NCBI RefSeq assembly: GCF_036365525.1
Contig: NC_090378.1
Location: 73,330,413-73,394,412, forward strand
DNA: 64,000 nt
Source: Heterodontus francisci
Taxonomy: Eukaryota
Reading direction: 5' to 3'
Positions 28,201-43,200 of the stretch are shown here, in pieces. How positions within the stretch are numbered: the stretch's first letter is position 1; each line of letters opens with the position of its first letter. A program made the translations under genes and the position numbers. The notes under the pieces were generated by a model. The model saw only the letters and a list, made by a program, of their open reading frames with translations, made no database searches and was not told the origin of the DNA.

Positions 28201-31200
28201 GTGCGGTGGCCACTGCTAGGACTACACCCAGCCATTAGACGCAAGAGGAAGGACGGCCCCGAAACTCACCTAAGTTTTTAGGGCCTCGCTGGGTACAATC
28301 GGTCGGCCCCCCCACCACCCCACTGCACCACCCCCCCCCCCACCCCCGTCTCCCACTCAATTTTACGCCCCCCACCACCACCAGCCCACTCGTTGGGGGC
28401 TGAGAAATTCGGGCCCGTGTTTTCACTCCCCAATACATGCATATTTCAAATTGATGAAAAACAAATGACAAAAAGCTAACCGGGCCAGAAAAGAATCTTA
28501 GTCAACATGATGCATGCAAGGAAAATGCACCCTTGGGAAATCAAGATGTGGTTTAAAACACCAAATGCTTACTTGATTGTGCCTGATGGTGACCTCTTTC
28601 TGCTGATACATCTCTTCCAGTTCAGTCTCGATCAGCTCTTTCCTCCGTGTGACTTCAGTCAGCTCGTACTCCTTCTGGCGTATTATCCTCTGACTTCGCT
28701 GCAACTTCAGCTGATTGGAAAAGGAGGTACTCTGTAGTTCCAGCAGCTCAGCTTGTTGTTGGGCATGTGGTGGTGCCAGCTGTCCGTCAGTGCTCTGACA
28801 GGATGCACAACGCTACAACCCAGAGGAAAGTGTATGGAGTAAAGTGGAATGAGAAATAGGAAATATACATAAGGAATAATGAGGACATAAAGGCTTTTTC
28901 ATCTTTCAAATCTTCAGTGGAATGCTTTACATCATCCTTTCTTACTTCAACACCTTGTAAAATTATCCCTTATCATCATCGCACATTCCCTCCATCGCCA
29001 GGTAAAAGAAGTCAGGCAGTGTTGCACTGTTGGAAGTGCCATCTTTCAAATGAAACGTTAAACTGATGCCCTGTCCGCCTTTTACCATCTGAAGGTGGTC
29101 TCACAGTGTTCTGGACAACATTTATCCCTGAACCAACACCACTACAAACAGATTAACCAGTATTTTATCTCATTTCTGTTTGTGGTATTGTAGACTGCAC
29201 AAATTCCCTACTTTATAAGAGTGATTAAACATCAGAAGTTTTAAAGAAATTCTTTCATGGGATGTGGACATCACTGGCAACGCCAGCATTTGTTGTCCAT
29301 CCCTAATTGCCCTTGACAACTGAGTAGCTTGCTAGGCTATTTGAGAGGGCAGTTTTAAGAGTCAACCACATTGCTGTGGGTCTGGAGTCATGTGTAGGCC
29401 AGACCAGGTAAGGATGGCAGATTTCCTTCCCTAAACAACAATAGTGAACCAGATGGGTTTTTACAATAATCGATGATAGTTTCATGGCACCATTACTGAG
29501 ACTGGCTTTCAATTCCAGATCGTTACTAATAAATTGAATTTAGTAATTAATTGAATTTTAGATTCCACCAGCTGCCGTGATGGGATTTGAACCAGTGTCC
29601 CCAGGGCATTAGCCTGGGCCTCTGGATTACTAGTTTAGTGACTTTATCACTACACCACCATCTCCCTAATTAATTGGCTGTGAAGCACTTTTGGAGGTCC
29701 TGAGGTTGTGAGAAATGTTATGCAAATACAAGTGCTATTCAGAACACCGAAACTTCCTGCCATTCTTCAGGTAGTGAGAGGCAGCCACAGCATCAGTTTA
29801 ACATTTCTTCCGAAAGATGGCACTTCCAACAGAATGCAAGTTTGTTCTTTCAATCTGAATGCTCAACTCTGACAGCAGCCATTTGCTGCTCTGATTAGAT
29901 CATTAGCAGCCTCTCATCACTTGATGCAGTCACACTGCTTGCTACTGGCTAAAATACTTAACAAGTAAATGATCAAAGTCAACACAGCAGGGATTTATGA
30001 TTATTTTATAAAATGTTAAAACAGAAGTGATATTTGTGATGCATGAATTATTATTGTGTACTATGCCTCAACCAATACCACTAAATTATTTGGTAATTTA
30101 TCTTCTTGCTGATTGTACATGGAGCACTACTGGAAAATGATGATCACATTTAAATTTTAAAATTCTCCCTGGGATATAATGTCCTGACCACTGGCAACCT
30201 TCTGGTACCCCATGCAAGTGGGCATTCTTCATGTGCGAATCTAGAGAATAAGTGTCAGCAGGGATCAAGAGGCAACATTCAGGAACGAGAGGCCTGGCTA
30301 ACTTTATTTCTCTCCCAAGTTCAGCAGCTAATTGTGAGGGAACTGCATTTTCTGATCTTAGCACTACTCCTCTGAAGTCAGCTAACTGATCACTCCCCAC
30401 TGAGATAAATAGTCTAAATGAGATCAGCCAACTCACAACCACCACTAAAATTAGCTGACTTAAAATCCCCACTGCAATCTCTCTGGCGTGTATGACTCTG
30501 CAGCATCCTGGCAGTGCACTGGCCCACTTAGCTGTTTGAGCCCCTTTTCCCCCAGTTTTCTTTTCCTGAAATGAAAGAACCAAATAAACAAAATGCATAA
30601 AGGGGTAAAGGCAGGGTTACAGTTTTAAGGCTGTAGATTATGAAAGAATGGGAATTTAGGGATATGTTGGTTTCCATGGTTTTGAGGTCCTGGGAAACAA
30701 TGAGTTAGAGTCAGAGATGGTGCGCTGTAACTTGATATCAACACGATGGGATAAGGAGGCATAAAAGTATCTATGATGATATACTTGGAGATTATAAGGA
30801 ATGAGTGGGGAAGACATATTTGGAACTGCTTTGGAACAAGACAGAACCTCTGAGGAGCACTAAGTACAGAACCTCAGACAGAATTAGTGAAAGATAAGCA
30901 AGGTTTGAAGTACAGAGTGTGCAGTCCAAGGTTATTTAAGTTACCCTTTTACTTGGCACCTACCTTCAGATTTTCAAGCTGACTTCTGTGAAGTATCTCC
31001 CTCAACTTGGCCTGAGTCTCATTCTGACTATTGATTACACGATAAAGCTCTTCAACCTGAGGGTGGAAAAGGTGACAAAGACATGAGAATTTCAAAGGTT
31101 ACAAAATATACTGATATTATTACCAACTACAAAACCATCCACAGGTATCAGGCTGTTATTGCTAGTCCTCAAGAGAGAAGATTCTCAGTAGTTGCTATTT

Positions 31201-34200
31201 CTGGCATTAGAATATAACAATGATTCTCCTAAAAGCAGCAAGGATAGAAAATCTTCCCACTACGTCGCTAGGACTTCCGTGGAGGAATTCTGCTAAAATA
31301 GCAGACAGTGGAATGTCGTCTAGATGCGGTTTTTACACTAATATCACCAGCAGTCAAGGTTAGACTCAAATTTTAAAAAGCAAACAGGTAAATAAATGCA
31401 AGTCCTTTCTCCAAGTTCCAATAGAACTTTCCAAGTTTAGGAAAATTACCCAACCCCTCTCCATGGCTTATAGTATACTACCTCCAAACTCAATTCTGGG
31501 CCTCTTTCAGCTCAAATTAAGGTAACCTACAGGCCAGAAAGTCTTCATGCATACAGTACACAGCCAGAATTACACTCTCGTCTATGAAAAGACTGCATAG
31601 GCTGCAAGTTGCATGGAACACTTTGCAGCTATCCTGAAATGAAATTGAACTTGGAATTCTGCTGACACTTGGATTTTCTAATTTTGTTACCAGCATGTTG
31701 AAGCGTTAATGAAATTTAAGGAACAATTTATGCTTTTACCCATTTCCATGCCCTGTGAGTGGACATGGCACACCACGAGTGCACTAACCTATTGCACCAA
31801 CAGTCACTTCTTTTTAACCAAGGATAATATTTTTAAAATGAATTATCACAGGCTTCTCAGTGAATCTGCCTCTGCAATTATGTGCGGCGCTGCTGTCAGG
31901 GTTGAGCTTTATTAGACACAAGCATGGTTTAGAGATTGCCCTTTAACACAACAGTTTGATTATTTTACCGTGCTCACTAGTAGTGGGACTATGCCAGCAG
32001 CAGACTCTTACTCAATTACTCCTGCAGCGTTAACACTAACCTGTGTAAAAGTGCTGCACAATTCCTACAGCAGTGAAGGTTAAGGGAAACCTAGTAGAGC
32101 TATTCAAAATTGAGGGGTTTTGATAGAGCACATAAGGAGAACCTGTTTCCTCTGGCAAGTGGGTCAGTAATCACAGATTTAAATAATTGGCAAAAGAATA
32201 AGAAAGGAATTGAGGAGGAATTTTTCACAAAGAGGGCTGTTGTGGTCTAGAATGCATTACCTGAAATGGTGGTGGAAGTACAATCCACTGGAACTTTCAA
32301 AAGACAAATGTATAAGTCTTTGAAGATGACTAATTTGCAGGGATATGGGAAAACAGTTGGGCTACTGGACTAAATTGGACACGTATTTCAAAGAGCCTGC
32401 ACAGGCCCGACAAGTCAAATGGCCTTCTCCTGTGCTGCAAGACTCTTTCAGCAGAATTTTCCTGGCCTCAGGGTGGCGGGTTTGGAGGTGAGGGGTGGGG
32501 GGAGTTGCCAGGAAAATAGTAGGGAGCCACGTCGGGACAGCCACCGGTGACGTTTCCCAGTGGTGGGCAGGAAATGATCATCTGCCTAATGAACAGAGGC
32601 AGGCAGCGAATCTGTGTATTTAAGGCACCAATTAGGGGCCATTTAGAGCGCTTGCCGGCACTTTGCTAGGAGCAGAGTGGCTCCCCTGCTGCCTGCGGAG
32701 GTGGCCTCCCTGCAGCAGTCTGGGGTCCATCTGAGCCAGAGGCTCCATTTCTCAAAAAGGAGGCTGCTCCCCCCTTTTCCCCAACAAGCCATCTGGAGGG
32801 GTTTCTCCTCTGATTCAAGGGGCTTGCCTGTTTGGCCCCTTGAAATTTTATTTCAAATTTACCCCTTTGAGGGTGCCTTCATGTTGAAGCACCTTTTCGA
32901 TCTCATACCTACCTCGGCAGCGCATACCTCTCCCAGTGGGGCTGCCGACCCCGTGATTGGGCATGCAACATCAGGTTGCTCACCCACTGTCTTTAATTGG
33001 GTGGGAATATCTCTGTGCCAGTCTTCCTGCCAGCAAGTGCTGGCTCAGGACCCCCATTTGGTCATGACATCAGGGTCCCAAAGCCCGCAGGAAAATTCAG
33101 CCCTATGATTTTATACCATCACAAAATTTTAGATCCTTTGAGTCAACTCTCCATGTGACATTTCTCCTCTAGCGTTCACATTTACCTCCTTCTCCTTGTT
33201 TTTCAAAGCCTCATTCAGCCCCAGCTGGGTTCGTTCCTGTTTCTGTGCTGCGTAGCGCACTGCCTTTAGTTCACTTTCCATTTCTCTTAGATTCTCCTGC
33301 AGCATCTGGAGAAATGAAGTCATGAGAGATTTACCACATGTACAAAGAATGGTGGGAGAAAGTTTTTTAAAACCTTTCCTCTCTTACGTTCTTTTCTGTT
33401 TAAAAAACACTTAATTATCCAGACTAGACTATGGTGCAGTCAGTGATTTTATTTTTGCTCTATGGGCTGTTTGATGGTTATACTATTAAAAACCCCAGCT
33501 GATGGGAGATCTGACATTGGACTCCACAAAAACAGAGTGAAGACAATGAGCCTTCAAAGGTTTTAGCTGCAATCGTGTAGTCTGGAGGAGTTAAAGATCA
33601 CATAAGAGAGGGATTTCTCCTATTCACTACTTGCACCATTTTGGGGAAAATAATTGAAGTTCAACTGTACTTCAATCTGGTATTTCCATGGCCCTTTTCA
33701 GCAAGGATGTCCAACCTGCAGCACTAGGGTCACATGCATCCTTTGAGGCCCGTCAACCCAACTCTCCCAGCACAAGCCACTCTGTGCTATATACCTTATT
33801 TCTTATCTGCTGGCTCGTCCTGTTAGAATTTTGTGTGCCTGAAGATTTGGAAAGGACTGTTAGTACTACTCCCTCACTGGTTCATTAATCCAAATCAAAA
33901 GAGCAAGATCTGTTAGCATCTGCAACATGAGACATACGTAAATTAATTCTGAACATAGATTTAAACTTGGTATATGGTCCCTGAAGCTCCATGGTACACA
34001 ACTGTGTTGTACAACCATGAGTGCAAATGTTTGGACACCCTTAGTTTAGAGCCTCTGAGGCAGACTGCCAATTTCTAACAAGTATGGACAGTTTGTGCCC
34101 CAGTCCCATGCCTGGGGCGAGACTGTACAAACTTATTTTAGGGTGTCAGCCATGGCTCAGTTGGTAGCACTCTCCCCTCTGAGTCACAAGGTTCTAGGTT

Positions 34201-37200
34201 CAAGTCCCATTCCAGATACTTGAGCACAAAAATCAAGGCTAACACTCCACTGCAGTACTGAGAGAGTGCTGCACTGTCAGAGGTGTCATCTTTCAGATGA
34301 GATGATAAACAGAAGCCCCATCTGCCTCCTAGGGTTGATGTAAAAGATCCCATGGCACAATCTCCTGGCCAACATTTATCCCTCACTCAACATCACAAAA
34401 ACAGATTATCTGGTCATTATCTCACTGCTGTTTGTGAGAGTTTGCTGTGGATACTGGCTGCTGTGTGTCCTAGATTACAATAGTGACTACACTTCAAAAA
34501 TATTTCATTGGCTGTTAAGCGCTTTGGGATGTTTGGTGGTCATGCAAGTTTTTTTTACGTTAGATCTTGAGAACTTCAACAGTGTGAGCTAGGTTTGAAT
34601 CCATGATACAAAGATATACATGTACATATGTATTTATAAAAATATACATGTAAAATGTAGAATCCTGAGTTTTCCTAAAAATAACTTTGTTTTGTACAGT
34701 TTGATGCATAACATTCTAAATTTACTGTAACTCCACACCTTTGGCATCAATTAAATGCGCATCACTGCAAACCTTCAGCTCATTAAATAGTACTGAGGAG
34801 GCAGCACGTTATGATTTTAAAAGGGAGATTATACTGTGTGACAAACCAAATAGGCTAAAAAAGCTGCCAGTTATTCATTACATTGATGTATCTGATGTGA
34901 GTGAGATTCACACATAATGTGCTTGCAGGTGGTGCCTCAAATATTTCTACACAGCTTCTGAGGGGTCAATGTACGATGATTAGGACATAGTGAGGGAAAA
35001 TGGCTCCGAATAATGTGTTGCCTCATTGGTTCTGGTCTCACACCTGCAGCAGCACTGCTCAAGAACAATTTAGATCTGCATGTCACTTACACACCAAACA
35101 TCCATCACTCCTAGTCGCATGTCAGCTCACCTTGTTGGCAGACTCAGACTCCTGGATTCTGCCCTGCAACCCATGTACTTGGACCTGGGCTTTCTGCAGT
35201 TCACTGACGCACTGTCCAGCTGCTGACTCATACTGGTTCAACTGCTGCTGCTGCTCCTCAATCAGGTTCTGGGGGAGCAAAGGTTAAATATTTGCATAAA
35301 TGGTCAAATATTTCAGCACAGTGTCGACACAGTGCAATCTCCCAGTCACCCCATATTTGTCCAGAGATCCATATATTCTGTGGTAATTGTTTCCATTATT
35401 TCACACTGTCCACTTTGTCCTAAGCAAATCAATGAAATTAATAAGAATCCCATATAACAAATAAACACTGACTGAAACATTGCCTTGGCGCTCAGTGTGA
35501 AATGCTTCACATGGTAATTTTTTGTTTGGGCATTGGTGCACGGGACAATTTATTTCGAAGTATAACATGGTTCAAGAACTGAGAATTTTGAAGCATTTGA
35601 AGTCAGTGGTAAAGTGTAGTCATGCATTCAATAAGGATGTTCAGTACTCTGTGGATATCATATACGGTATCATAATGGGGAACTGATGGTACCGAGAAAA
35701 AAATCACTCCAACTACTCTGTAATTCACACATTAATACAGTCTGATGCACAAATATTCAACAGCGTGGAAAATCAGAACGGAGTCAATTCCTCACCTGAG
35801 GTGCATATATTCCCCACTCTTGCCCATGCATATTTGAGTCACTGAAGTCCAATCAGCAGCAGGAACCTTGGCTATTTTCTCCCTTGCCCAACACAACCAC
35901 TGAGGCCAATTACTGCTCCTGTTGAAATCAGCTAAAACTATGCTTCAACCTTGGTTTCTATTTGTCCTATATGGCTCGGTGTCACACCAGGCATTGCACT
36001 TATCCACTGAGACAGCAGGCTGTCCCAAATTAATGCTAATTTATTAGCTTGATATCAACAGAGCACAGGAAAAAATGCTGTAGAACACAAGATGAATGTC
36101 ACTCATTTGAGTAGACCATCAGTTTATTGTTCTCAACTTGTGGTACGAACAGTAAACATGAGGAACAGCCAGGTGACTGATCTCATTAAATGGAAAATTA
36201 TCACGGTATTTTTAATTAATAATAAAACAAGATGTCTTGACAGCAGGGGTGCTGTACTGCTACTACACTTAGCCAGAACAGGAGGAACTGGCAAAGCAGG
36301 TGTTTCCAAATTTGCATGCACACCAGCCGATCTGTTGTGCTCCACCACTGCCAACTTCAACCTCCTGGTCCTGAGACTCAAACACAGACACTGGCTTTGT
36401 AGACATCACCACATGCACTGTTCCTATCCTGAGTCAGAAATAAAAAAGACAAAATGGCATCATCTGCAAGAGAATGCGAAACGCTCCAAATCCTGACAAA
36501 GCTTAAATAACTTTGTGCACAATTGTGTACACTGTTCCTCCCTAACCCATGGCAATCTCTATAATATGATATTATAAGTCCAAAGTCAAACAATGGCAGG
36601 TTAGAACAGTAAAAATCATGACCTGAGTTTAGAGGTTTGTTTTGCTGATGATACAAACCTTAATAACAAGGTTATTAGTATTTTAGTTTTAGTATCCTCT
36701 TTGCATTTCCACTCAATGCTGAACCAGACCTAGGCAGCCATCCTCAGGCCTGGGAACCTAAAAGCTTTTTGAGCTAAATGTCAGTGGTAGTCGCTCAGAC
36801 CAGCTAAATGGAGGAGGCTATGTGATGGTTCACAGCTGTTACTGAGCATTGAGTGGGGAAACATAGGTAACTATAAGAAACAGAAAGAAAAGGAGAGGCA
36901 TCAGAATGTTCACTAGGGCTGATCTTCTAATGTGACACCTGGAATATAACAAAAGGACTTGTTTCCCATTGGGCTGGCAGTAATGTTCCAGCAGGTTTTG
37001 AGCACTAGGCTGTTATTGTTTCTTTAATTGTCAGTTGCCTCATATCCTGCTAGAACCATAGATTGCCCAACTGCTTGGTGTTCCTGCTCCTTCCCTCATC
37101 AAATTTAAGAACCAGTCAAATGTGACCTGACTTTATTGTGTAATCGTGTTAGGAAGACAAGTGTAGGCAGCTTTACTAATGAATACTCTATTAGTGCCTT

Positions 37201-40200
37201 TATAAGTTCTCAAAAAGACATTCAGACTTCATTAACAAAAGCTCTTGCAAAGGAAAGTAGTAACTAAATTATTTAGTTTGGAGATTATCTCACTAAAATA
37301 AGATAAACATCTACATACACTGGTGCAGTAAAATTGGTTTCAAAAAATTCACAGCTCCACTGCTGGCTCAGTCTGCAAGTATACCTCCTACTGTGTCGTG
37401 TGCCATACAGACTAGGAAAATCCTCAGGTTTAGTCCCTGGTCTATTAAGTTTGCTGTTTTCACCGAGGCAACAGTAAGAATGTTACAATTGAGCTTAATG
37501 ACCACAAACTATTCACAGCAGGAGAAATTTCACTTTGCTATCAGTAAATGGGCAGTGGCTAAAAGATTGGTCTCACTGTGATGCCTCTCCCATATTGAAA
37601 GAGCATGCCAACACTCAATATCTAGGCCCACACAAGAATGCTTGCACCACAGTAGATGTCACCAGATTAGGAGGAAGGTAGGAAATTGCATGTGATAGCA
37701 ATGTCACGTCATTATCAGAACCAGTCAGTCCAATGTTTGATGGATAGCGTTACTAGCTGACGCCCCAAAGCATTGCTCAGTGTGTTGGCATTTAAGCCCC
37801 ATGGCCTTGCTCAGTGTGATGTAATTTATGGTTTTGCAGTGGAGAGGAAAAGGGTGCTTTAGAAGCATGAAAAAAATATGGAAAAAAAGTACTTGTAAGA
37901 AGTGCTTAGACACTGTTAGGCAAGTGTTTAAGCAGTTTTTAAAAAAAACATTCCTGGCACTGGAAGCAAATCAGTAATTTTTGGATTGAAACAGAAAACA
38001 TTGGAAACAATCTCCACAGATGCTGTCTGACCAGCTAAGAGAAACAGAATTAACATTTCAGGTTGATGATCCTTCATCAGAATTGGGGGATGGGCACTGC
38101 ATGCATGACAGATTTGGGCTAGACAGAAGACTTAAATTTATATGTAGATGGATGGATAGATGCTTCCCAAATTTGACCATTTTTAATGATTTCTACATAA
38201 ATTTGCAGTGTGGTTATCACAACAATAATTCATTATGAATTAGTGACATGGAGTCCACAATTGCTGTCTTAATGACAGCCTCCAAAACTAGACAAAAAGA
38301 ATCCCACTATTCCCCCCTTCAAACAAAATTACAACCAGAGATAATACATATGTATTATATGTATATGTATCATCAGGTGAAAACCAGTAAAATAAAACTC
38401 AGTGGAGCTAAGGGAGTGAAATTAATCCTTTTGATAATTTAATTGTATTTTGAGCATATAACTTTTTTTGCTAAACTTATCGACAGGAGGAATTCTGCAG
38501 CCACAGAGTAAAGGATTGGTGTGAATTAAATTGCTTTAAGAAATGAGAGACAGAGTGTGATTACAGTGCTGCCACCTAAACCTGGGTTGCAAAGCCTGAT
38601 CTAAACCAATTTAAATATTGCTCACATGAGTTTATAGTATCATCTGGGCCTCTTAATTAGAATACATTATTATAATCACTTCTAGGGTATGCATTATTAT
38701 GTGATATACAGCAAGATGACAACAGTTTCACAGATGATGAGTTTAACAAGTTTTAATTGATTTCTTTCTCCGCATAAACAATGCTGACTGATATGGGCAA
38801 TTGTCGGTCTATAAACCAGTACCCATGGCATTCAGTGGGTTACTAGCTACAAGTTTAGCATGTTATATAAGAGGCCACATGCAGGTTTTGTTGTCCTCTT
38901 GTTGGAAATGGGACTCACTTAGGAAGTAACTTGTTTCTGTAAATGGGCAGGTGGTAGAATTGGTATTCTGGGGGGCGTGAGATCAAATAGGTTGAAGGGA
39001 CTTCTTTATCTGAACCCATTTGTACACTTCTGCAACCCTAGATAGATGACTGGGCAGGACTATGTAACTGATCAGCTGCAAATCAGTGTCGCTTTTGCAG
39101 CATTACAGATCGTTGCAGCGATGAGCTTCCATCCCTGTAATAAGGAAACCATTTTTACATCTACAATAGGGTCTATTTTCTACGTAATGTGAGAGTCTCC
39201 GGGTGCACTCAAAGTACTACACTGAAATAACAGTTAGTGTGGGAAGACTGCACAAGTGCAGGTGCTCAAAATTTGTAGCTTTAAAATTTAAGTTTCTTTA
39301 AACCTTCCCAAAAACCACACTAAAAGCTCAATTCTGGCTTTGTTGTCACCATGGAGGTTGAACCCATCTCTCGAGGTGCATCCCTGCGCTTTCTGCAGCC
39401 ACCCTCACTACATCATTTTTGCTGGACTGGTGCTGCAAGAATCAAACTGCCGCCAGAAGCAGCAGTGGTGGAATGTAAATGCAGTGCTCAATGTTACTGC
39501 CAGGCTTCACTATCGGGACACCAAATATGATAATGATCTCATGACCAAATTGTGGAACATGGGAAAGAATAGGTAGCCTCTGAAATAACACTAGGATAAA
39601 TTCATTGGATCCCCATTGTGCTGTGCTTGACGGGAACACCTGGCAAGAGAATCTGCACAACAGTGTTGTAGCTCTATCTCTGACCCACACTCTCAGGTAC
39701 AGCTCCCTGCTGGGAGAAGGAGATCAGTGAATTGACTCTACTATTTCAAAATAATCCTTGCCAGCACAAACCACTGTCTGAAATCAGCATATATTTATGT
39801 TACAGTTTGTGAGCTGTTGGCTGAAGAGCATCACTACAGATGTTTAACTCTTTAATGCTCCTTAAATTGAAGCACTCATGATAGAACAGATGAATGTTGA
39901 TGGACAGGATAAGCAGTCAAGTGAAACAATTTTACTTTCAGGTTCATGAATCTCTCCCAATCATCCTCTGTGAAGCACCTCAGGATGTGTTTTATATTAA
40001 GAGTGCTATTTAAATTCAAGTTGCTGTTGACATCAACAAAACAAAAAAACACCCATAATTCAGCAATCTCACTGGAGGAGAGCAGGATGGTTAGTGTGGA
40101 TAAATCTGAGGTGAGGAAGCACGTTATCTGGACAAAGCAGATGGTGTTTTGCTCTGCAGCTGTGCCAAATCTGGGATTGCTCGATGTCGACATTCAGTTA

Positions 40201-43200
40201 CATGCCGCAGCACGAACATCCATCATCCAGATGAACACAGAAACTCACAGACACAAAAAAGTAATCACAATGTAACAATGATTTCAGCTGATCAATTTCA
40301 AGCATGAATGACTCACAGACATGCTTATACATCACAAAGCTAAGATAACAAAATTCAATCCCTGATCTGTCATTTCCACTGATGTTACTGGTGCTTGTTC
40401 AACTCATTTGAGGAAGGTTGTGGGGAGGGGGGAGAAACTGGGCTTGCAATAGATGAGCTACATTCTCAAAGGGTGGCAGGGAAGTCAATCTGAAGACCAA
40501 GCTGGCCTATGAATGTTTTTTTTGCTGCACTCCCCTGCACCCCCAACTTTGACTTAATGGCAGTTGGGAGAGGAGATTCCTGCCTGTCCTGCCAGTTGGG
40601 AGTGATGTATGTGCCTTTCTAGGAGTAGAAAGAGGAATTGCAAGGGCAGAAAGCAACTAAAAGTGTCTTAAATACAAACATTTTTTATTCAAAGGGACAC
40701 TGTGGAAACTGGTGATACAGTAGATTAGACTCTACCTTTCACCTCAGATGCCTGGGCTCAAATCTAGGTCAGTCCAATGCCAAGAAAGTGTTCTCTGTCC
40801 ATTGGCTGGAAAGATTGCATGTGCAATGAGTTTGGGCAGTCTCAATTCATTTCTTAGAGAGTGTAAGCGTACAATGCAAAACTGGCACCAGTTAGCAATC
40901 TCACTCAGACAGACTGATGTGGGAAACAGAAGAAGTTACACTTTGGTATATTGGGGATATTCTTCTGAGGTTAGAGCAAAGGCACATTGTTTGGGTAGCG
41001 CAGAGGAAGCTTTACTCTGCATCTAGTCTTGGTACATCTGACCTGGGACTACTTGATGCTGACACTGGGGTTTCGATTTTAATTGATTCAACAGGCAGAA
41101 AGCAGGCGAGGGGGCAGTGGACTTATTCACTCTTTTGCTGCCCTGATCTGGCTGACTATAATTTTAAATGGCAGATGACAAGGGCTCCTGTCCCAAACCA
41201 ATGGAGTCCTTTTATAATTCTCCTCTGATGAAATCACTGGGGCTTGATCTGCTTTTTTTTTTAAACCAGAGGCCTGAGCAGTGGTGCATTCCCAACTTCC
41301 CTGCCAGGCCAAACCAGCTGGGGAACAGCAGCTGGGGTCAGAAGAGGCACAACAAGTTGCCTTAAAAATTTTATTTGGTTCCTTGTGGGCTAGGAGTGCT
41401 TCTTTGGGCCCCACTAGGAAGTCTTGTGCCTCCCCCTGCAATTCCCCAATGATCCACTAACTTGCCCCAGGACCATTGGCTCCCTGCTAGCAGGCCCCTG
41501 CCACCCAATTTTAAAGGCCAGGCAGCCAGTTCCTGCAGACTTAACAGTCATTTTGGTCAGGAAGTGGAACAACAACAAACTAATGAGGCCCGTCCGTTAA
41601 AATCGGTTGATCCTGACTGCTGCTCCCAGGCACATCACTTGCTTTGTTGTGTTCCTGCCCAGGAGTTAAAAAAATCAAGAGATTAGTGTCTACAGTGGAA
41701 AGTCTTCCATTCTCCAACACTGACTTTCCTCAACTTGATGAGCACAATTTTGTTTTAAAATGGACACTGAACTCCAATTATATATAAACTTCAAAAGGAA
41801 ATTTAATGCAAAAGGTACCCAAATTCATGCTAAGTGACTAAAATAAGAAAACACAAAATAGGACACCGCATTTAAAATGATGCCCACATTACTCTTGTGC
41901 ACACCCTCTCATATCCTTAGGTCTGTAACTGCTGCATAGCTGGAGGCCCACGCCTTTCAAGCCCAATGAAACAAGAAACAACAACAAATCAATGCAGAAT
42001 ACATTAAATACTCCACAAACCCTGTCATCTATGTTGATCAATATCTTTCATTGGACCATTTACACATGGCAGAAACTTTCATTATTACTACCAAGATGTG
42101 TAGCATTATAAAGAAAAGCCCTACATTTCACATGTGAGCTGTTTATCAAACAACCATTGATGCTGGAGTGGGGGGGGGGGGGGGGGGGGGAGTGGATCAT
42201 TGAAGAGAAAGTTGAGCAACAACTTTAAAATCCTCAAAAGTTACAGATTTGTCTGACAATGCTGAAACCTCTGTTGCTTTTGACTGCTAAAATTGGGTCA
42301 TTGGAGTAATAAGAAGACAACAAACATGACAGTCACACTTCAAGTACCTGAGTGCGAATTGGAATATATTCATCAAGCAAGTCCTGCAGGAGGTCTTCAA
42401 GATCTGCCATATCATCAAAGTTGAGATGCATCCTGGGAGGTTCTATGTATTTGCTGGAGAATTCATAACCATTGTTCTGTAGATGAGATCTGGAAATCCC
42501 ATCGCCCAAACTGCCACTTGACTGAGAGCCCAAAGGACTGGGCCTGACTGGAATTGGCAATTTGCTGCCTTTTGGGCTCTGAACAGGCCTGTATTCAACA
42601 TTCCTGACTAAGCTAAGTACAAAGTCCAGCTTTTGGCTGTGCAACAAAGGATGGGTTGCTGGGGTATCAGAAAAGTCCGATTTGGGACTTTTGTCATCTT
42701 TGGCACCTTTTTCTATTTGTACCACTTCTCTATTGGGTGCAGGACTGGACTCCACTGCTGCACTAAGAGATTCGACAGAAGAGGCTGGAGATATTTTATC
42801 CAGAGAGTCAGCATAGACAGAAGTCCTTGAATCACACTGTCCAATGGACATAGTCTCGTGTATGACTGGCATTGTGAGTCCTTCCTCAGCAGTTATGCTG
42901 CCCATCACACTACTTCCGGACCTGATGGACGGATCACCAGATACAGTCTTTGCCAATTTCCGAGGGACTCTGCAAACTGCCTCATAGTCTGCATCGGTCA
43001 CACGTAAGGCTGAACAGCTGCGACACTTCCGGGATTTGTAGCTGGAGATCTCTGAAGTCTGGCAGCTGTGAGATTCCATGGTTTCTTCCCCATGCTCTGT
43101 CCACGATTCAAATCCAGAATAGACAAAGTCATCCTGGAGCAGAGCATGGTACCGAACATCAGAAAGATTTGAAACATCCACCGCGACATCCTCCCCCTTG

